From assembly GCA_964016885.1 (NCBI GenBank), contig OZ024742.1, forward strand, positions 230,330,001 through 230,394,000: 64,000 nt of DNA, given 5' to 3'. A program made the position numbers and the translations under genes. The notes beneath the pieces were generated by a model. It ran no database searches, was not told where the DNA came from, and saw only the letters and a list, made by a program, of their open reading frames with translations. This document shows positions 29,240-43,654 of the stretch, piece after piece (position 1 is the first letter of the stretch; the number at the start of each line of letters is the position of its first letter). The stretch comes from Eledone cirrhosa (lineage: Eukaryota).

Positions 29240-29574
29240 CCGTCTGTCAGTGCCTTCGGGAAGGTTTTTTCTGAGCATGGCAGGTCTAAAGAGTCATCTG
29301 AGAGTGCACAAGAACAGGGAAGCAGGCATGTAATGTCTGTGGAAGGGTATGCAGATCGAGTAGTGATCTCACACAACACATTGGGTCACATGGTACCATG
29401 GGCCCAGCTTTAGGTGTCAATAATTGTCACAAGTGTCGTGTTTGTAACAGAGTTTTCAAGTCGCTGGCTGGACTAAAAAGTCACACAAGTTCAGCGAATC
29501 GGTAGGGGTTCTCCTACATGGATATGAAGTAGTGGCCGGACTCGAAAACGAGTTGGCAGCCACCATATATATAT

Positions 29575-30400
29575 ATACCAAAATACATAAAATACATAAA
29601 AATTGACATTCCCCAATAGGGGCAGTACTCAGAAACACCACCAATATAAACCAGCCTATCTGCAAGAGCATCCATGGAGCACGACCGTCTCCATTCCAAA
29701 TCAGCAAGCCGACATGTGCATGATCAGAGTAGACCCATTCACACAAGCCATTCTCGCTATATTCACCGACCATTTAACAAATGTACTGGGGTTCAACTTC
29801 TCTCTACACCCTCACTTACCTTTCCATGTGGAGCTTGAAAACGTGGAGGAGGGATTGGCCTAAGAGAAAACTGTCTGTCTTCAGGCCAAGTAAACTGCCT
29901 GCATCTCCCGGCCAAAATAAGACGATGGAGCGATCATCACAAGGGCTTCAGTCGATAATAGAATCTGTTCTACAGACGATAATAGCTGTTCAACAAAACC
30001 CCACAAGGGACACTGGAAGAGTGTGTGCAGAACGATTTCGTCGCTCTGCGCGCTTCTCGGACAGGTCTGTCCCACTGTTCTTCCATGCTTGTAGAATTTA
30101 TCTCGAACCGGTTATGCCCCTCGGTAGCACTGCCAAACCAGGGATTTCTTGAAGTTGTGCCTGGAATAGCCAGTGCAGTCCGATTCCATGGAAGCCCAGA
30201 GCGCTTCCTGGAACGACCTTACAATTGCACACCACTAGTCCTCTAAAGTACTCTAGAATAAAATTTCCTCTGACCGCATTGCCTGACTAATAGAGGGCAG
30301 TGAGCGCTTGACAGCATTTTAGATATCAGGCGATCATTCTAGGACTTCCCTTGACCCACAACTGCAGTTCAGTCAAGGAGATGAAATACGGAAAGATTTT
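29575..30400 (-). mobile_element. Tx1/L1-clade LINE 3' fragment
   Basis: LAWQCYRGA*PVRDKFYKHG..CPRSAQSDEIVLHTLFQCPLWGFVEQLL is a degenerate CCHC/zf-RVT region of ORF2. Confidence 0.7.
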
Positions 30401-30479
30401 GTCTACCATACGGTGACCACACCTCTTCACCATTTAGAAATATCTGGAGTTGACGTACACTACGATTGTGAAAGAACGT

Positions 30480-30780
30480 AGCCTAACGGTTAGAGTGATA
30501 GGCTCAAAATCGTAATGGTATGAGTTCTATTCTCGGCTGCACGTTATGTGATTTCTGAAAGACATACATTATATCACATTGCTCCAGTTCACTTAGCTGG
30601 CACAAATGTCTTGTACCTCTAATTCAAAAGCCTCATCTGGTCAATAATTCTGTTATATTGAATCTTCCGAAGGATTAAATTAAGGGTGTATGTCTGTGAA
30701 ATACACAACCACTTGCACTTTAATCTCATAAGCAGGCTGTTCCGCTGATTAAATAACTCATCTTCGAAAACTACGGAACT
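30480..30780 (+). mobile_element. Degenerate SINE family B
   Basis: tRNA-like head plus body TGTCTGTG.AATAC..CCACTTGCAC shared with 39980-40230 and 54585-54880. Confidence 0.55.
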
Positions 30781-32267
30781 AAAAAAAAAACATACACACA
30801 TATGTGTGGAATAATCAGCCCTTTGCATGTCACTTATACGAACAGCGTATTCCCATAATCAACTCATTTGGAACACTCGCTTCGAAATCGAAGAAAGTCC
30901 GACACCAAGACGTGTCTGTGGAATACTGCACCATTTGCATACAAATGTTGTGCACAGGCTGTTCTGTTAATCGAAACAAGTAGAACACTCGTTGCCGAAA
31001 CCGAAAGAGATCCATCACGCAACAGATCACGATTATAGATTCACGGCAGTGTCGCATACTTTCAGTTTACGCTATATCGTTGTGTAATATATTATTTACT
31101 TCCTGAATATTGATAGAAACTCATTGCTTGCGAAATATATCAGACACATATATTTATTCTAGAAATTGAATTTATACACAAACGGATACTTTTATTTATT
31201 ATTTATTTTTTATTTGCCAGACACCATTTATAAATACTTGCTCATTCTGTATGTGTATGGGGTGGGGATGGACTGGTGGACTCTGGCTTTGTATATATGT
31301 GAATGTGTGTCTTTGGGCGTTTTTGAGTCTGCATGCGTAGGCGGGTGGGTGTTTGCATTAGATATTTAGTAATATAAATGTGTCCGTGAAATTACTAGTT
31401 CGTTGATTAGAGGTTATTAGAGCATAAAACAAAATGCCATGATGTATTTCTGGTGATTCTCTGTCTTCTGATCTCAAATCTCGCCAAAGGTAACTTTGAT
31501 TTTCATCGATTTCAGGATCAATATAATAAAGTAGAAATCTAGGGTGGCGAATTGGCGAAGTGAGGGCATCGGAGGAGATGTGTTGTAGTATTTACTCCAT
31601 CACTTATGCGTTTAATTCCTCTCATCTCCTCCAAAGTGGGGTAGACTTAATTCGTCGGGTTTAACACCCCCATCTAAGCAGTTTTTGACTTTATGGTGCA
31701 AGAATTCAGGCCAGGCATCATGATTAAAAATATCTACCTCAATCCCATCATTCCTAGTATCCCAAAATGTGGCATGAGCAATGATATTCCTTCACTGACT
31801 AGAGAAAAACAAAACGAGTTTACTTTGTAGAAATGGTTGTTTTTTTTTACAACGATCTAAACTGAAATCACGCCAAAATCGACCTTGTCTATAGGATATA
31901 ATAGGATCGATTTCATTTATTTTTTAATGGGTCTTTTTTGCATAACTTACATCATTTAATGGTGCATTATATAGCATGTACAGTAATGTTTATTTATCAC
32001 AGAAGAGCGTTTTTGAATAATTGGGGAATTCATTGCTGTTTCGCTTACGTCTGCGGATCTTCGGATTCCGTGTTATCTCGTTCCAGATTTTTAAAATTAC
32101 CCTAGAGCCCTATGTTTATTTGAATAAAGTCTAATATATATATCTCAGTCTTTCTACCTCTCTCTCCTTCTCTTCGTCTCTTTCAATCTTTTCTCGTTCT
32201 CTCTATCTATCTATCTACTCATCTATTTACCTCATTCTACCTGTCTATTACTTACATTTCTCTAATT

Positions 32268-32296
<29 letters not shown>

Positions 32297-32298
<2 letters not shown>

Positions 32299-32757
32299 TC
32301 TATTCTATTCTAAGGCGGGTAAAATTCCCGAGATCCATGGACGAGTTCTCTCCAGCGGTCTCTGTCCCTCATTATCGCTGCCATGTCCTGCGTCTCCAAC
32401 AGACCAGTGTCTGTCCTTAGGGCATCAACATACGTTAACCTTGGTCTTCCTCTTCTAGTGTGTCCATGTCCGGTGTGGAAGTCGGACCTTCGTAGAGACC
32501 TGAAAATCCGCCTCTTCATTGCTGTAGTGGAGTCTGTGCTGCTGTATGGGTCTGAGACTTGGACACTGACCAAGAAACTCACTCAGATGGTGGATGGGTG
32601 CTACACGAGAATGCTGAGGATGGCTCTGAACATTAATCAGTATACACTGAGGATGAAAAACTCAGAGCTGTATGGGAGCATCCCAAAAGTCAGCTCAAAA
32701 GTGACACAGAGGAGACTGAGGTTAGCTGGACATGCTCACCGACATCCAGAGTTGACA
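32297..32757 (-). mobile_element. 5'-inverted (twin-primed) RTE LINE fragment
   Basis: Minus 32469-32310 GHTRRGRPRLTYVD..MRDRDRWRELV..* plus (GAATA)n tail; plus 32470-32757 WKSDLRRDLKIRLFIAVVESVLLYGSETWTL..RRLRLAGHAHRHPE. Confidence 0.9.
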
Positions 32758-32851
32758 TCTATATATATATATATATATACATTATGAAGAGAGAAGAAAC
32801 ATTTAGATATAATTAGTAATAAAATGTATCATACCTAAACTGCTCCTAAAT

Positions 32852-32939
32852 TCCTCGACAACGTAGTTTCGTGGCATAAACAAAAACAATATATCAAAGA
32901 TATAGAGTCCTTGCGAGGTCTGCCAACTTATCAAGAGGA
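32852..32939 (-). ncRNA. Hammerhead, U3:A8 variant (one helix III substitution)
   Basis: Reverse complement of 34168-34255 with cuacguug in helix III. Confidence 0.7.
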
Positions 32940-33442
32940 TACCTCATTTTACTAGTCTCAAGAACGCGTCTACACGACGTGAGAAAGAATCCCAAAAGGC
33001 GGAGGGGGAGATAGTCACGCGATATAACGGTCGAGAAACAGAGCTAAGCCTCTTATAACCACGAAGAAAATACCACGGAGGCGGAGGGGGTATTCATATC
33101 GAGGCCGTAGAAGAGGTAGTGAAGAAGGCGAGAAGTATGAGTAATGGAAGCTTTCCAGTTGTCCCCACACTTCAAAGATTGCTCGACCAGAGGGAGTTAT
33201 TAATATATTTAGAAACACACAGATACACGCGGACACACACATATATACATGAATGCATCCGCACCCAACTGTGAGTTAAGGGTGCCAACTTCACCGATGT
33301 TGCTCAATGAATGACTGGGACAGACCAATTCAGTTTGAACCAGACTGAACCAGTATCAGAGTTAAAAATACATTATGAAGAGAGAAGAAACATTTAGATA
33401 TAATTAGTAATAAAATGTATCATACCTAAACTGCTCCTAAAT

Positions 33443-33530
33443 TCCTCGACTACGTAGTTTCGTGGCATAAACAAAAACAATATATCAAAGATATAGAGTC
33501 CTTGCGAGGTCTGCCAACTTATCAAGAGGA
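33443..33530 (-). ncRNA. Hammerhead, U3:A8 variant
   Basis: Reverse complement of 34168-34255. Confidence 0.8.
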
Positions 33531-34167
33531 TACCTCATTTTACTAGTCTCAAGAACGCGTCTACACGACGTGAGAAAGAATCCCAAAAGGCGGAGGGGGA
33601 GATAGTCACGCGATATAACGGTCGAGAAACAGAGCTAAGCCTCTTATAACCACGTAGTCGAGGAATTTAGGAGCAGTTTAGGTATGATACATTTTATTAC
33701 TAATTATATCTAAATGTTTCTTCTCTCTTCATAATGTATTTTTAACTCTGATACTGGTTCAGTCTGGTTCAAACTGAATTGGTCTGTCCCAGTCATTCAT
33801 TGAGCAACATCGGTGAAGTTGGCACCCTTAACTCACAGTTGGGTGCGGATGCATTCATGTATATATGTGTGTGTCCGCGTGTATCTGTGTGTTTCTAAAT
33901 ATATTAATAACTCCCTCTGGTCGAGCAATCTTTGAAGTGTGGGGACAACTGGAAAGCTTCCATTACTCATACTTCTCGCCTTCTTCACTACCTCTTCTAC
34001 GGCCTCGATATGAATACCCCCTCCGCCTCCGTGGTATTTTCTTCGTGGTTATAAGAGGCTTAGCTCTGTTTCTCGACCGTTATATCGCGTGACTATCTCC
34101 CCCTCCGCCTTTTGGGATTCTTTCTCACGTCGTGTAGACGCGTTCTTGAGACTAGTAAAATGAGGTA

Positions 34168-34255
34168 TCCTCTTGATAAGTTGGCAGACCTCGCAAGGAC
34201 TCTATATCTTTGATATATTGTTTTTGTTTATGCCACGAAACTACGTAGTCGAGGA
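34168..34255 (+). ncRNA. Type I hammerhead ribozyme, U3:A8 core variant
   Basis: UCCUC-UUGAUAA(34173-79)-GuUGGCA...UGCCAC-GAAA(34237-40)-cuacguag-UC-GAGGA; ACUACGUAGU palindrome. Confidence 0.8.
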
Positions 34256-34486
34256 ATTTAGGAGCAGTTTAGGTATGATACATTTTATTACTAATTATAT
34301 CTAAATGTTTCTTCTCTCTTCATAATGTATTTTTAACTCTGATACTGGTTCAGTCTGGTTCAAACTGAATTGGTCTGTCCCAGTCATTCATTGAGCAACA
34401 TCGGTGAAGTTGGCACCCTTGACTCACAGTTGGGTGCGGATGCATTCATGTATATATGTGTGTGTCCGCGTGTATCTGTGTGTTTC

Positions 34487-34535
<49 letters not shown>

Positions 34536-35449
34536 CAAACTGGAACGAAAACAGAGAGGCAATACAAACAAAGGTTTATTAGTTTCACGCTCTTGAGAGT
34601 GGGGGTGTGGGGATATATATATATATATATATATATATAACCCTCTCTATGTTTCTCTCTCTCTCTCTTTCTCTCCGTACTAATCATTTAAATTATTGCA
34701 TCTGTCTTTCCACATCTATGAATGTATCACTTACATTACTCTCGCCTCTCGCCTCTCGCCATCATTCTGTATCTACATAACTCCTAATTTCTTTACATCC
34801 TCTCTATTTCTACTTCTCTCCGTATCTCACTTTTTCTCTGTTTCTATCACTTACAAAACCCTCATCCTTAGGTAAAAACCAGACAATTAAGGCGACATTA
34901 CGTCTCCGCAGAACTTTCCAGTTCATATAAGGGAATTGAACTGGATGTAGACTTCATTTTAACTCTTTAGTAACGCTACTTGTGTCTTGGAGTTGTCATT
35001 ACAATGCTGACATAACTCATTAATACTGGCGATTCCAATATCCAATAGAATAGAACGCTATCAGAAACCTTCAGTAGTCACAGCCGATCCATACCGTACT
35101 TGTAGTATCATTACTTCTTCTTCTGCTTTGTTAATAAACAGTTAAATTGTATATCAGAATATACCCCCACCTAAAGCGTCATCTTGTCTGATCATCTCGT
35201 ATGATTTTATAACCGTTTAGACTTAATGGCTATTGAAGATATATCGGATGTTTTGTGATTTATATGTTAATAGATATGGGATTGCCGTAGAGGTCGTGAG
35301 ATTCGTGATATTTGAGGATTTAAGGATAACAATTTTCTAGTATGTTAATAAACAAGCTGCTATATAGTAGGGTGTCGAAAGTCAATACAGGACCTATATG
35401 GGTGCTTGCATGTGAAGTTAACACCTACTTGCTACTAGTGATAATGGTT

Positions 35450-35660
35450 TTTAACATTAACACAAGAACAGCAATTTGAGGGAAAGGGAAAGTCATTTAA
35501 ATCGACGCCAGTAGTCACTGGTACCTTATTTTAACCACATTTAAAGGATGAAAGGTAAATTTCACTTCAGCGGGATATGAACTCAGGACGTAAAGGGTCG
35601 TAACTACATGCCGTAAATGATTTTATTCGAGACTAAAAGATTCTGACAATTCACCGCTTC
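35450..35660 (-). mobile_element. Degenerate SINE family A
   Basis: CTGGTAC..TATTTT..GGATGAAAGG..CGGGATATGAACTCAG is the reverse complement of the family core. Confidence 0.65.
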
Positions 35661-36228
35661 GATAATGATATTGATAATAATGATAGAATTAATAACGATA
35701 ATAATAATGATGATGATAATAATAATATACATTTTTTTCTCGCTTGAAGTCTCAGTCATTGATGTTATTTAACTAGAAAGTTTATTCAAATGAACACCAA
35801 GCCGTTACCTGCAGCCTCAGATATTCAGGACGTATCGGAGGGTTCTTGCTGTTTCCAGCAAGCATGCTTTTCGAAGTGTTCCAGAAAAAAGGAGGCTGGA
35901 CTAATATTCTTTAACCATAATGAACACTCTTCTAGATAGTAACTAGTGTTCCTATGACCATTTCCCCTTTCCCGTCATGCATCAGCAAAATCTTCCATAA
36001 GCATTTACTCGGATGTCACATCAACAATAATAGCCACGAATTTTTGAACAAAAGTACATTATCTATTTGTATAATTCTTTTATAATATCAATCATGATGA
36101 AAATGATGATTTTATCCACTCCTGTGCAGCCCTGGTAAAAAGGTTGTCAAAGTATAACTCATGCTTTGTATTATACTATATCCTTCCCAGTGTCTCGATT
36201 ATTACATGGATTATATTTATGCCTCTAT

Positions 36229-36304
<76 letters not shown>

Positions 36305-36307
<3 letters not shown>

Positions 36308-36490
36308 AAGAAGGTGTGGTAAGATACCAGGTGGGCCATAAGGCACCAGAGTACTCGATATATAGGGTAGGAGAGTGGGTAATACGAAAATAGTCAGGAC
36401 CTCGACGGTTGAGCTCCGGCCGTTTCGACAACGTTCGGATCTAGCGCTGTCGAAACGGCCGGAGCTCAGCCGTCGGGGTCCTGACTTTTC
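36305..36490 (-). mobile_element. Fold-back insertion, family P
   Basis: Homologous to 3056-3260; centre near 36438; (TA)n flanks. Confidence 0.8.
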
Positions 36491-37762
36491 ATATATATAT
36501 ATATATATATATTATATGTATCTTTCATAAGGTTTTTAAGTATAACATGTATACAGAATAGTACAATATGCTGAGACAGATTGTTTCTGAAAACGAATGT
36601 CCCTGTGTTCAGATTAGGTTGTGGGAGTATTTAAGTGGTATTTGTTCATAGTTCCTTCTATTTCTCAGCTAAAAACTGAATTATACACACACCGTAGAAA
36701 AATGTGTGTTGATATAACGTGTTATCTGCTGCAGTATTCCTAGTCAACACTGTCTATTGACATGACCTGTCTAATGATTCTAATTTGAATTTTGTAGTTC
36801 ACATAAACCGCATATTGAACTGCGAATGACCAACTGGACCACAGGCTAATGTGGCACTGTATAATGTGTTTTAATAGACTTAGTGTTTACAAGCGAAACA
36901 ATCCTAAATTCTATTATTAAGGTACCAAACTCTACGAAGTTAGAAAGAATATACTGTTAATGTTAAGAATACTGATATATTACTGAAGTCACATAGCTTA
37001 GTGTTTAAAGTACCAAGCTTACGATCGTAACGTCAGGATTTTGATTCTCGTTTTGTCATTAGTGGAAGATTTTATTGGCCTGTGCCTTTTTACTTATTGT
37101 CATGGAAACCAGAGAATTGCATGCATAGGTTATTGTTTGCCTTGAGGATGCAAAGCCATGGTAAGTCAGTTATAGGTGCAGGACTCACGGTCACACATGA
37201 CTTAAGGGAGCCCCACTATTGCTCATTGCAATTTAATGGAGTATTACGAAGAGGTAATATGTTCAAATGATGTTGACTATAAGGGTTAAACATGGTGGGG
37301 AGCAGGAATAATTAAATACAATTAAAATTGTAATTATATCTGAGACATATAAATACAAGAGGAAGTGTAAACAGTCATCTTAAAACCGGAAGGGACATAT
37401 AGCCAATATATTAATCCAAGTAGAATTGAATATGTAGATATAGTTAAAACAAATGTAAAGATAGAGTAATTAAATAATAGGATGAGCTAGTCGATTTGTA
37501 AACAAGTGTAACTGTAAACAAGTCCTATAGAGCTATAGGGAATGAAAAAGCAAAGTGTATCTCTAAATAGATTTGAAGTGTTCAATTCAAGTAGGAGCGG
37601 AATAAACTGCATTCATTCGTAAATTAAACAGAGGCGTATTTTGGTAATGATAGTTATAAATGGGAATTATAGGAGTAATTATTTTGTGAAGGGTAAAATT
37701 ATAAACCTTTTACATCCTCTTTTCTTTTATCTAATAATAAGTTCATATACATATATCTATCT

Positions 37763-37839
<77 letters not shown>

Positions 37840-38353
37840 TATATGTGTGTGTATCTATGCATGTACATACGTATATAATGAGAGAGAGAGAGGGGGGGGT
37901 GATAGAAAGAAGAGAGTGAGAGCTTTTCAATGGCTTTCTAACTATCCTTATATTAGTAAGTAGAAACAATGGGAAGATGAAACCAGAAAAATCATTGTAA
38001 ACCATCCTGTTTTGAAATAAACAAATTACAATGCGTTACTATATTATTAGCTGGTACACTGGTACCTCATTAATAAAGTGTTACTTTTCTTCCAAATAAA
38101 CACTTAAATATATACGTGTGTATGTATATACTGTAGATTTATATGTATATAAACAACAAAAAATATTTACTCTTTAGGTGACACCATTCTTGTGGCAGAG
38201 TTGGGTACATTATACATATTTAGGATGGCGTATACTCATCAGGCAGCTGCCTATCCCGGAATCATTCAACTGAAGCGATGGAGTTTGAGACTTCCCTCCA
38301 CATATTCACAACCACTCACTATTAGGTCACGCTGTGTGATATACATATATTCA

Positions 38354-38400
<47 letters not shown>

Positions 38401-40782
38401 CATTTCAAAAGTGGCTGTATTCTTCCTAAAAATATTCATTCGTTTAGTTTGTCCTTTTATTATCGTCTATCTTTATCCATTTAAATCTAATTTTATCTTC
38501 TGAGGAAGGACTCAAGTTCGAAACGCTAAGATTAGTTTCCGAAGGTATTAAGGATTAAATTAATATATATAATCATTGTCCTCATTTGATTTCCCGATTT
38601 GCTTTTCCTTGTCGACTTCTCTCTGTCTCTCACTCTCTCTCTACCCCCTCGCTCTCTCTCTCTCTCTCTATCTACCTATCTATCTACCTATCTAACTATC
38701 TCTCTCTATCTTATCTATCCCTCTCTCTCTGTCTCACACACACACACGCCGCGTGCGCACGCAAGCACCAATACGCACGCACGCACACACACATATACAT
38801 ACAGACACAATGAATCCTACATCAAGGCAAGATGATACAAAACCCACATTATTATCATCGGTACATTTACAAATGTTTTTCTTTCATTCATTTGAACGAA
38901 ACCGTTCAAATCTGTCATAGGGCGATATTGATTTTTATCATACTTGCGTCGTTGAAAGAGAAGAAAAAAACAAGTAATACCTTTTATACATTATAATATT
39001 CAGTAAGTTCAATAATATTTCCATCTCCTTTACATATATATGAATCGTGTAAATAACAAAATTGTCAAGATTACTGTTACTACTTATCGCTGCAACATTC
39101 TTAAAGATAACAACTCTAATTGCTATGAATACAAGGAATTTCCAGGGGTCTTTTATATATTGTTATATAATTTCGAAGATAAGTGTGAAACCGACTGGAT
39201 TAAATGCATTAAAACTAGAATATTCTTTCCGATTAAATCGACATCGAATTCATCTAATTATTATTTATATTTTCGCTTTCTTCTCTTTTTTTCCCTCCCA
39301 ATTTTGCAGTAACGTGCTGCTATGTTATTTCACTGAAGGAACACAAATTAGCAAAATATAATCCCAATAGCAAAATGAGTAACTAAAAGAAAAACAGTTT
39401 GCCAATTCGTCTGAAACAAAGACACTGTAATATAATTAAATATTTCTTCCTCCATGTCTGAATCCATGGTATGAATATGTAAACCATAATTTGGCAAGAT
39501 ACACAAACCTTCGGCGGTAGAGGTTTCCATTGTATGTTTATTGTTGATTTTGAAGGAGTGTGGTTTAGTTGTTATGGTATTTGGCATGCAACAGTAAGGT
39601 CGTGAGTTCGATTCATATTTATGTCATTAATGTTTACCCATGTTTATCTAAGTGGGTGGGTTGAAACGTCTATAGGCTGACTTTGAAAGAATGATGCTAG
39701 AGCAGTGAAATCATTCATGCCTTAATTTCAACTCTTTTTATTAATAATTGCACTCTTTCTTTCAGGGGACTATCTGGTCATACCATGATAATATCTTGGT
39801 CAGCCTATTAACTTGTCAGAGAATATCTAGGTCAGCCTATTAACTTGTCAGCTGACGCTCGTATTATTGATTTATACAAATTTGATATTCACAGTCAAAC
39901 TATTCAAAGAGTATCCTCAGCTCAATGCCCAGGGTGAGTGCTAAAGTAGAAATATGGGCTACGAGTGTGAAAGATAATAGTTTATTGGTTAGTGTTCGGC
40001 TCAAAATCGTAGTGGAGTGTGTTTCATTCAGCCGGCATATTGTCTACATAAGCAAAACACTATTTCACTTTCCTGCAGTCAACTCGTCTGACACGAAATG
40101 AACTGCGCTTGTATTTCAAAAGCTAGCCGTGCCATAAACTGTCACACTTAATCTCACTGAGAACTACGTTAAAGGCATACGTGTCTGTGGAATACTGGAA
40201 TACCCAATCACTTGCACATTAACTTCACCAAACCGATTCTCATAGGTTTCAGAGATGAACATTTCCAGTTGTTCGATCAGAGAAGTGGTTCAGCATTCCA
40301 CAGAAAGATGTACCCTTAACTTAATTCCATAGGAAATCCAGTGAGCCATAGCGCGTGTTAGAGCAAGCCTTTTGAGTTACAGGTACAGTTCATCCAGTGG
40401 GCACTCAAAAACTTTCTCTCTACATTATGTCACTCATAAGGCATGGGTTGATATGAGTCTATAGTAAATAATACTTGCCCAAGATTCCACGCTGTAAGAA
40501 ATATCCTAATGACTACGAAACGAACTCTTTAATTTTGAAAGGTGAATAATAGCAGAAAGAAAACTTTATAAAATGACTCGTTATTTCGTCCATTTATGAA
40601 ATTGTTATATAAATTTAAATAAACATATTCGAACATAAATAGAACATGGTTGGCGAACCCGGTTCAACTGGAGGTCACGTCTATTTCTAGATTACACTGA
40701 TTTACAGACTCAGAAGTATCATCAATATAGATTGTAAACACCAAATATATGAATACATACGCCAGGCATGCAATACACACAC

Positions 40783-40821
<39 letters not shown>

Positions 40822-41162
40822 AAATATGTATGTATATATATACATATATATATGTAGGGTAATAATTGGTTAGCGGTGCATAGAGGAATGTTACTTTCGG
40901 CAACAGTCTCAGCAATTATTTGGAAGCACTGAAATCGTACCAAATTATTTCAATTTTGTAGAATTGTTGTTTCTTCTTCTTCTTCTTCTTCTTTGTTGGG
41001 TTAGTAGTGTTTCTTAGTTATTTCATATATATAGAGAGAGAGATGTGTGTGTGTGTGCTTGCGTGTATATAAGTATACATAAATATGCATCCATATATAT
41101 GCATATCTAAGCGTGTGGGTGTGAGAAGAGAGATTGGGAAGTACAGTGGAAAAATCTAGCAT

Positions 41163-41370
<208 letters not shown>

Positions 41371-41949
41371 CTTGCCAACTACACCATTATTTAATTTAGA
41401 AACGTATATTTACTAATGAAGCAAAACATCTTCTTACACATATGCAGACGCACACATCATTGCTTGTATATGTATATGTTTGTATGTGTACGCCTCCGCA
41501 CATGTATATATTTATATGTGTGAGTGTGTATATATATATATATAGTTATGAATGTATTCGGACTTGAAAATCGGTATCTAGTGACAGCTGTTATGTACGC
41601 TATAAAACGTGTAAAAGCTTAATGTAGGTAAATTCACCATATACCATCTATATTTATATATAGATATGTTCCTACTGATACAGACCCACGCACGCATCTG
41701 AAATATTATTGTGTTTTCAAAATTCAAAATTCACCACTACACAGTTGTACCTTCGAAAATAGTTTCAGGATTCAAGCAAATACCCGGTGACGGATACTAA
41801 TTGAAGAGAACCTCCTGAATTAATTGAAACAGGCATCTGCTCTATACTGCACGATGCGATAAGATTAAACCACCTGGAATATATTTGTTGGGTGTGAAAA
41901 TATATAACCGAACCATCAAATGAAACAAATGTTTTATACAATTTTACCC

Positions 41950-42045
41950 CAGATTATGTAATCGTGAGGTTGTGAGTTCGATTCCCGGACCGGGCGATGC
42001 GTTATGTCCTTGAGCAAGACACTTTATTTCACGTTGCTCCTTCAA
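41950..42045 (+). mobile_element. SINE family B fragment
   Basis: GAGTTCGATTCCC B-box followed by CORE-like TGTCCTTGAGCAAGACACTT. Confidence 0.7.
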
Positions 42046-42726
42046 CCTGGAGTTGCGACCGATAGATAGTATTAGCAATTGGAAAGACCAATCGAAACAA
42101 TATTTCCTCGGTCTGATTTGACGAACGTCGATCATTCCTTTTTTATGTAGTAAATTCACTCTCCAGCTTTCCACATAAAGTTAATACTTTATACCGGGGA
42201 GACTCCTGTATAAACGTACCCGTATCTGTCAATGCTTTGGCGGAAGTATAAAGTCAGCTCCTCTGGAGGTTGAAACGTCTCAGGTAAACAATGATAATAC
42301 AAATGCTTAGTTCTCTCTACGGTTTCGCACTGATCAACGTGATAAGTCTTTTATAATCTTTTATTTATATTTTTTAAATATTTACCACCAGCAACTTTGT
42401 AGGTTGCGAGCCATTGTATTCCGAGATTCGAGTAACACATCTCCGACACATGTTTACTGTATCATCGAATATTGTCTGAGTGAAAGTTGTTTTAGCATCA
42501 GCAGTTACGTTGTGAATTAATAGCTCATAACTATATCGGAAAAAAGCCTTGGTCAAACAGATGTCTTAATTGGTTAAGACTGTTGTGACCTTATTGCTCA
42601 TGAAATACTCTCCATTGCAATTAATTGATGAAAAGGTTTTGAGGGATTTACTGAAATTATTGATTATTTATTTACAACGTTAGTAACTGGATATCTGGTT
42701 CCTATATGAAATTATGTTGGATGATT

Positions 42727-42953
42727 TTAATTTAAATAATTGTTTCTACTTTTTGGCACAAGGCCAGCAATTACCCAGTGTATTATTGGTACTTTATTTT
42801 ATCGGCCCCGAAAGGATGAAAGGCAAAGTTAACCTCGGCGGGTTTTGAACTTAATTTAAATAATTGTTTCTACTTTAGGCACAAGGCCAGCAATTACCCA
42901 GTGCATTACTGGTACTTTATTTTATCGACCCCGTAAGGATGAAAGGCAAAGTC
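42727..42953 (-). mobile_element. Tandem pair of SINE family A 3' halves (about 124-bp period)
   Basis: TAATTTAAATAATTGTTTCTACTTT at 42728 and 42852. Confidence 0.8.
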
Positions 42954-43132
42954 ATTAAATAATGACCTTTTAAGATGCGTGATTTTGTATCCGTTTTCGT
43001 ATCCGTTTTTGTAACCGTTTTCGGCTGCGTTGGTATCAATATAGCTAACATAATACGGAAGTCCACACACACATGCGCACACATACATACACAGACACAC
43101 ACATACATTATATATATATATATATATACATA

Positions 43133-43606
43133 ACGGCGATGAATTAGTTTTGCGACGTTTTGATATGAAATCGTGTGTCGAAACAAATATTGTTATACTT
43201 GGGGAGGGTCTTATTTGTGTAATATTGCCAGAATTAATAACAGAACACACTCACTGTTTGGTTGGTTTTCGCTTTTGTGTCTTTTATATCGGTTAACTTA
43301 ATTTATTCGGTCCTCAATGTTACTATTGACTAACCAACGGTCAAAAATACAGATATAATATAGACACAAACACATGACGATGTTGCAGATGTGCAACGAA
43401 GGAACTTTGTTAGACTATATATATGTATTTGTGTCTATATTATATCTGTATTTTTTACCGTTGGTCAGTCAATGGTAACAGTGAGGACCGAATAAATTAA
43501 ATTAACCGATATAAAAGACACAGAAGCGAAAACCAACCAAACAGTGAGTATGTTCTATTATTAATTCTGGCAATATTATTACACAAATATGACCCTCCCC
43601 AAGTAT

Positions 43607-43614
<8 letters not shown>
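43133..43614. mobile_element. Family Q-related fold-back with about 190-bp arms and a hammerhead relic in the spacer
   Basis: Arms 43187-43375 and 43424-43614; spacer aUGACGA-uGUUGCA(gaug)UGCAAC-GAAg-gaacUU. Confidence 0.75.

Positions 43615-43654
<40 letters not shown>

Larger units (their letters stand above)
32779..34490. mobile_element. Head-to-head inverted multimer of a 591-bp non-coding hammerhead unit (retrozyme-like)
   Basis: Period 591 in both halves (32779/33370 and 33652/34243); orientation switches near 33652; (TA)n on both flanks. Confidence 0.92.

Noticed and set aside
33015-34092. Identical 75-aa ORF on both strands
   Set aside because: A by-product of the inverted 591-bp repeat; no recognisable motif.
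38495-38532. Hammerhead-like AUCUU-CUGAGGA..GAAA-cgc-U-AAGAU
   Set aside because: The helix III/UH register does not fit; at best a decayed relic.
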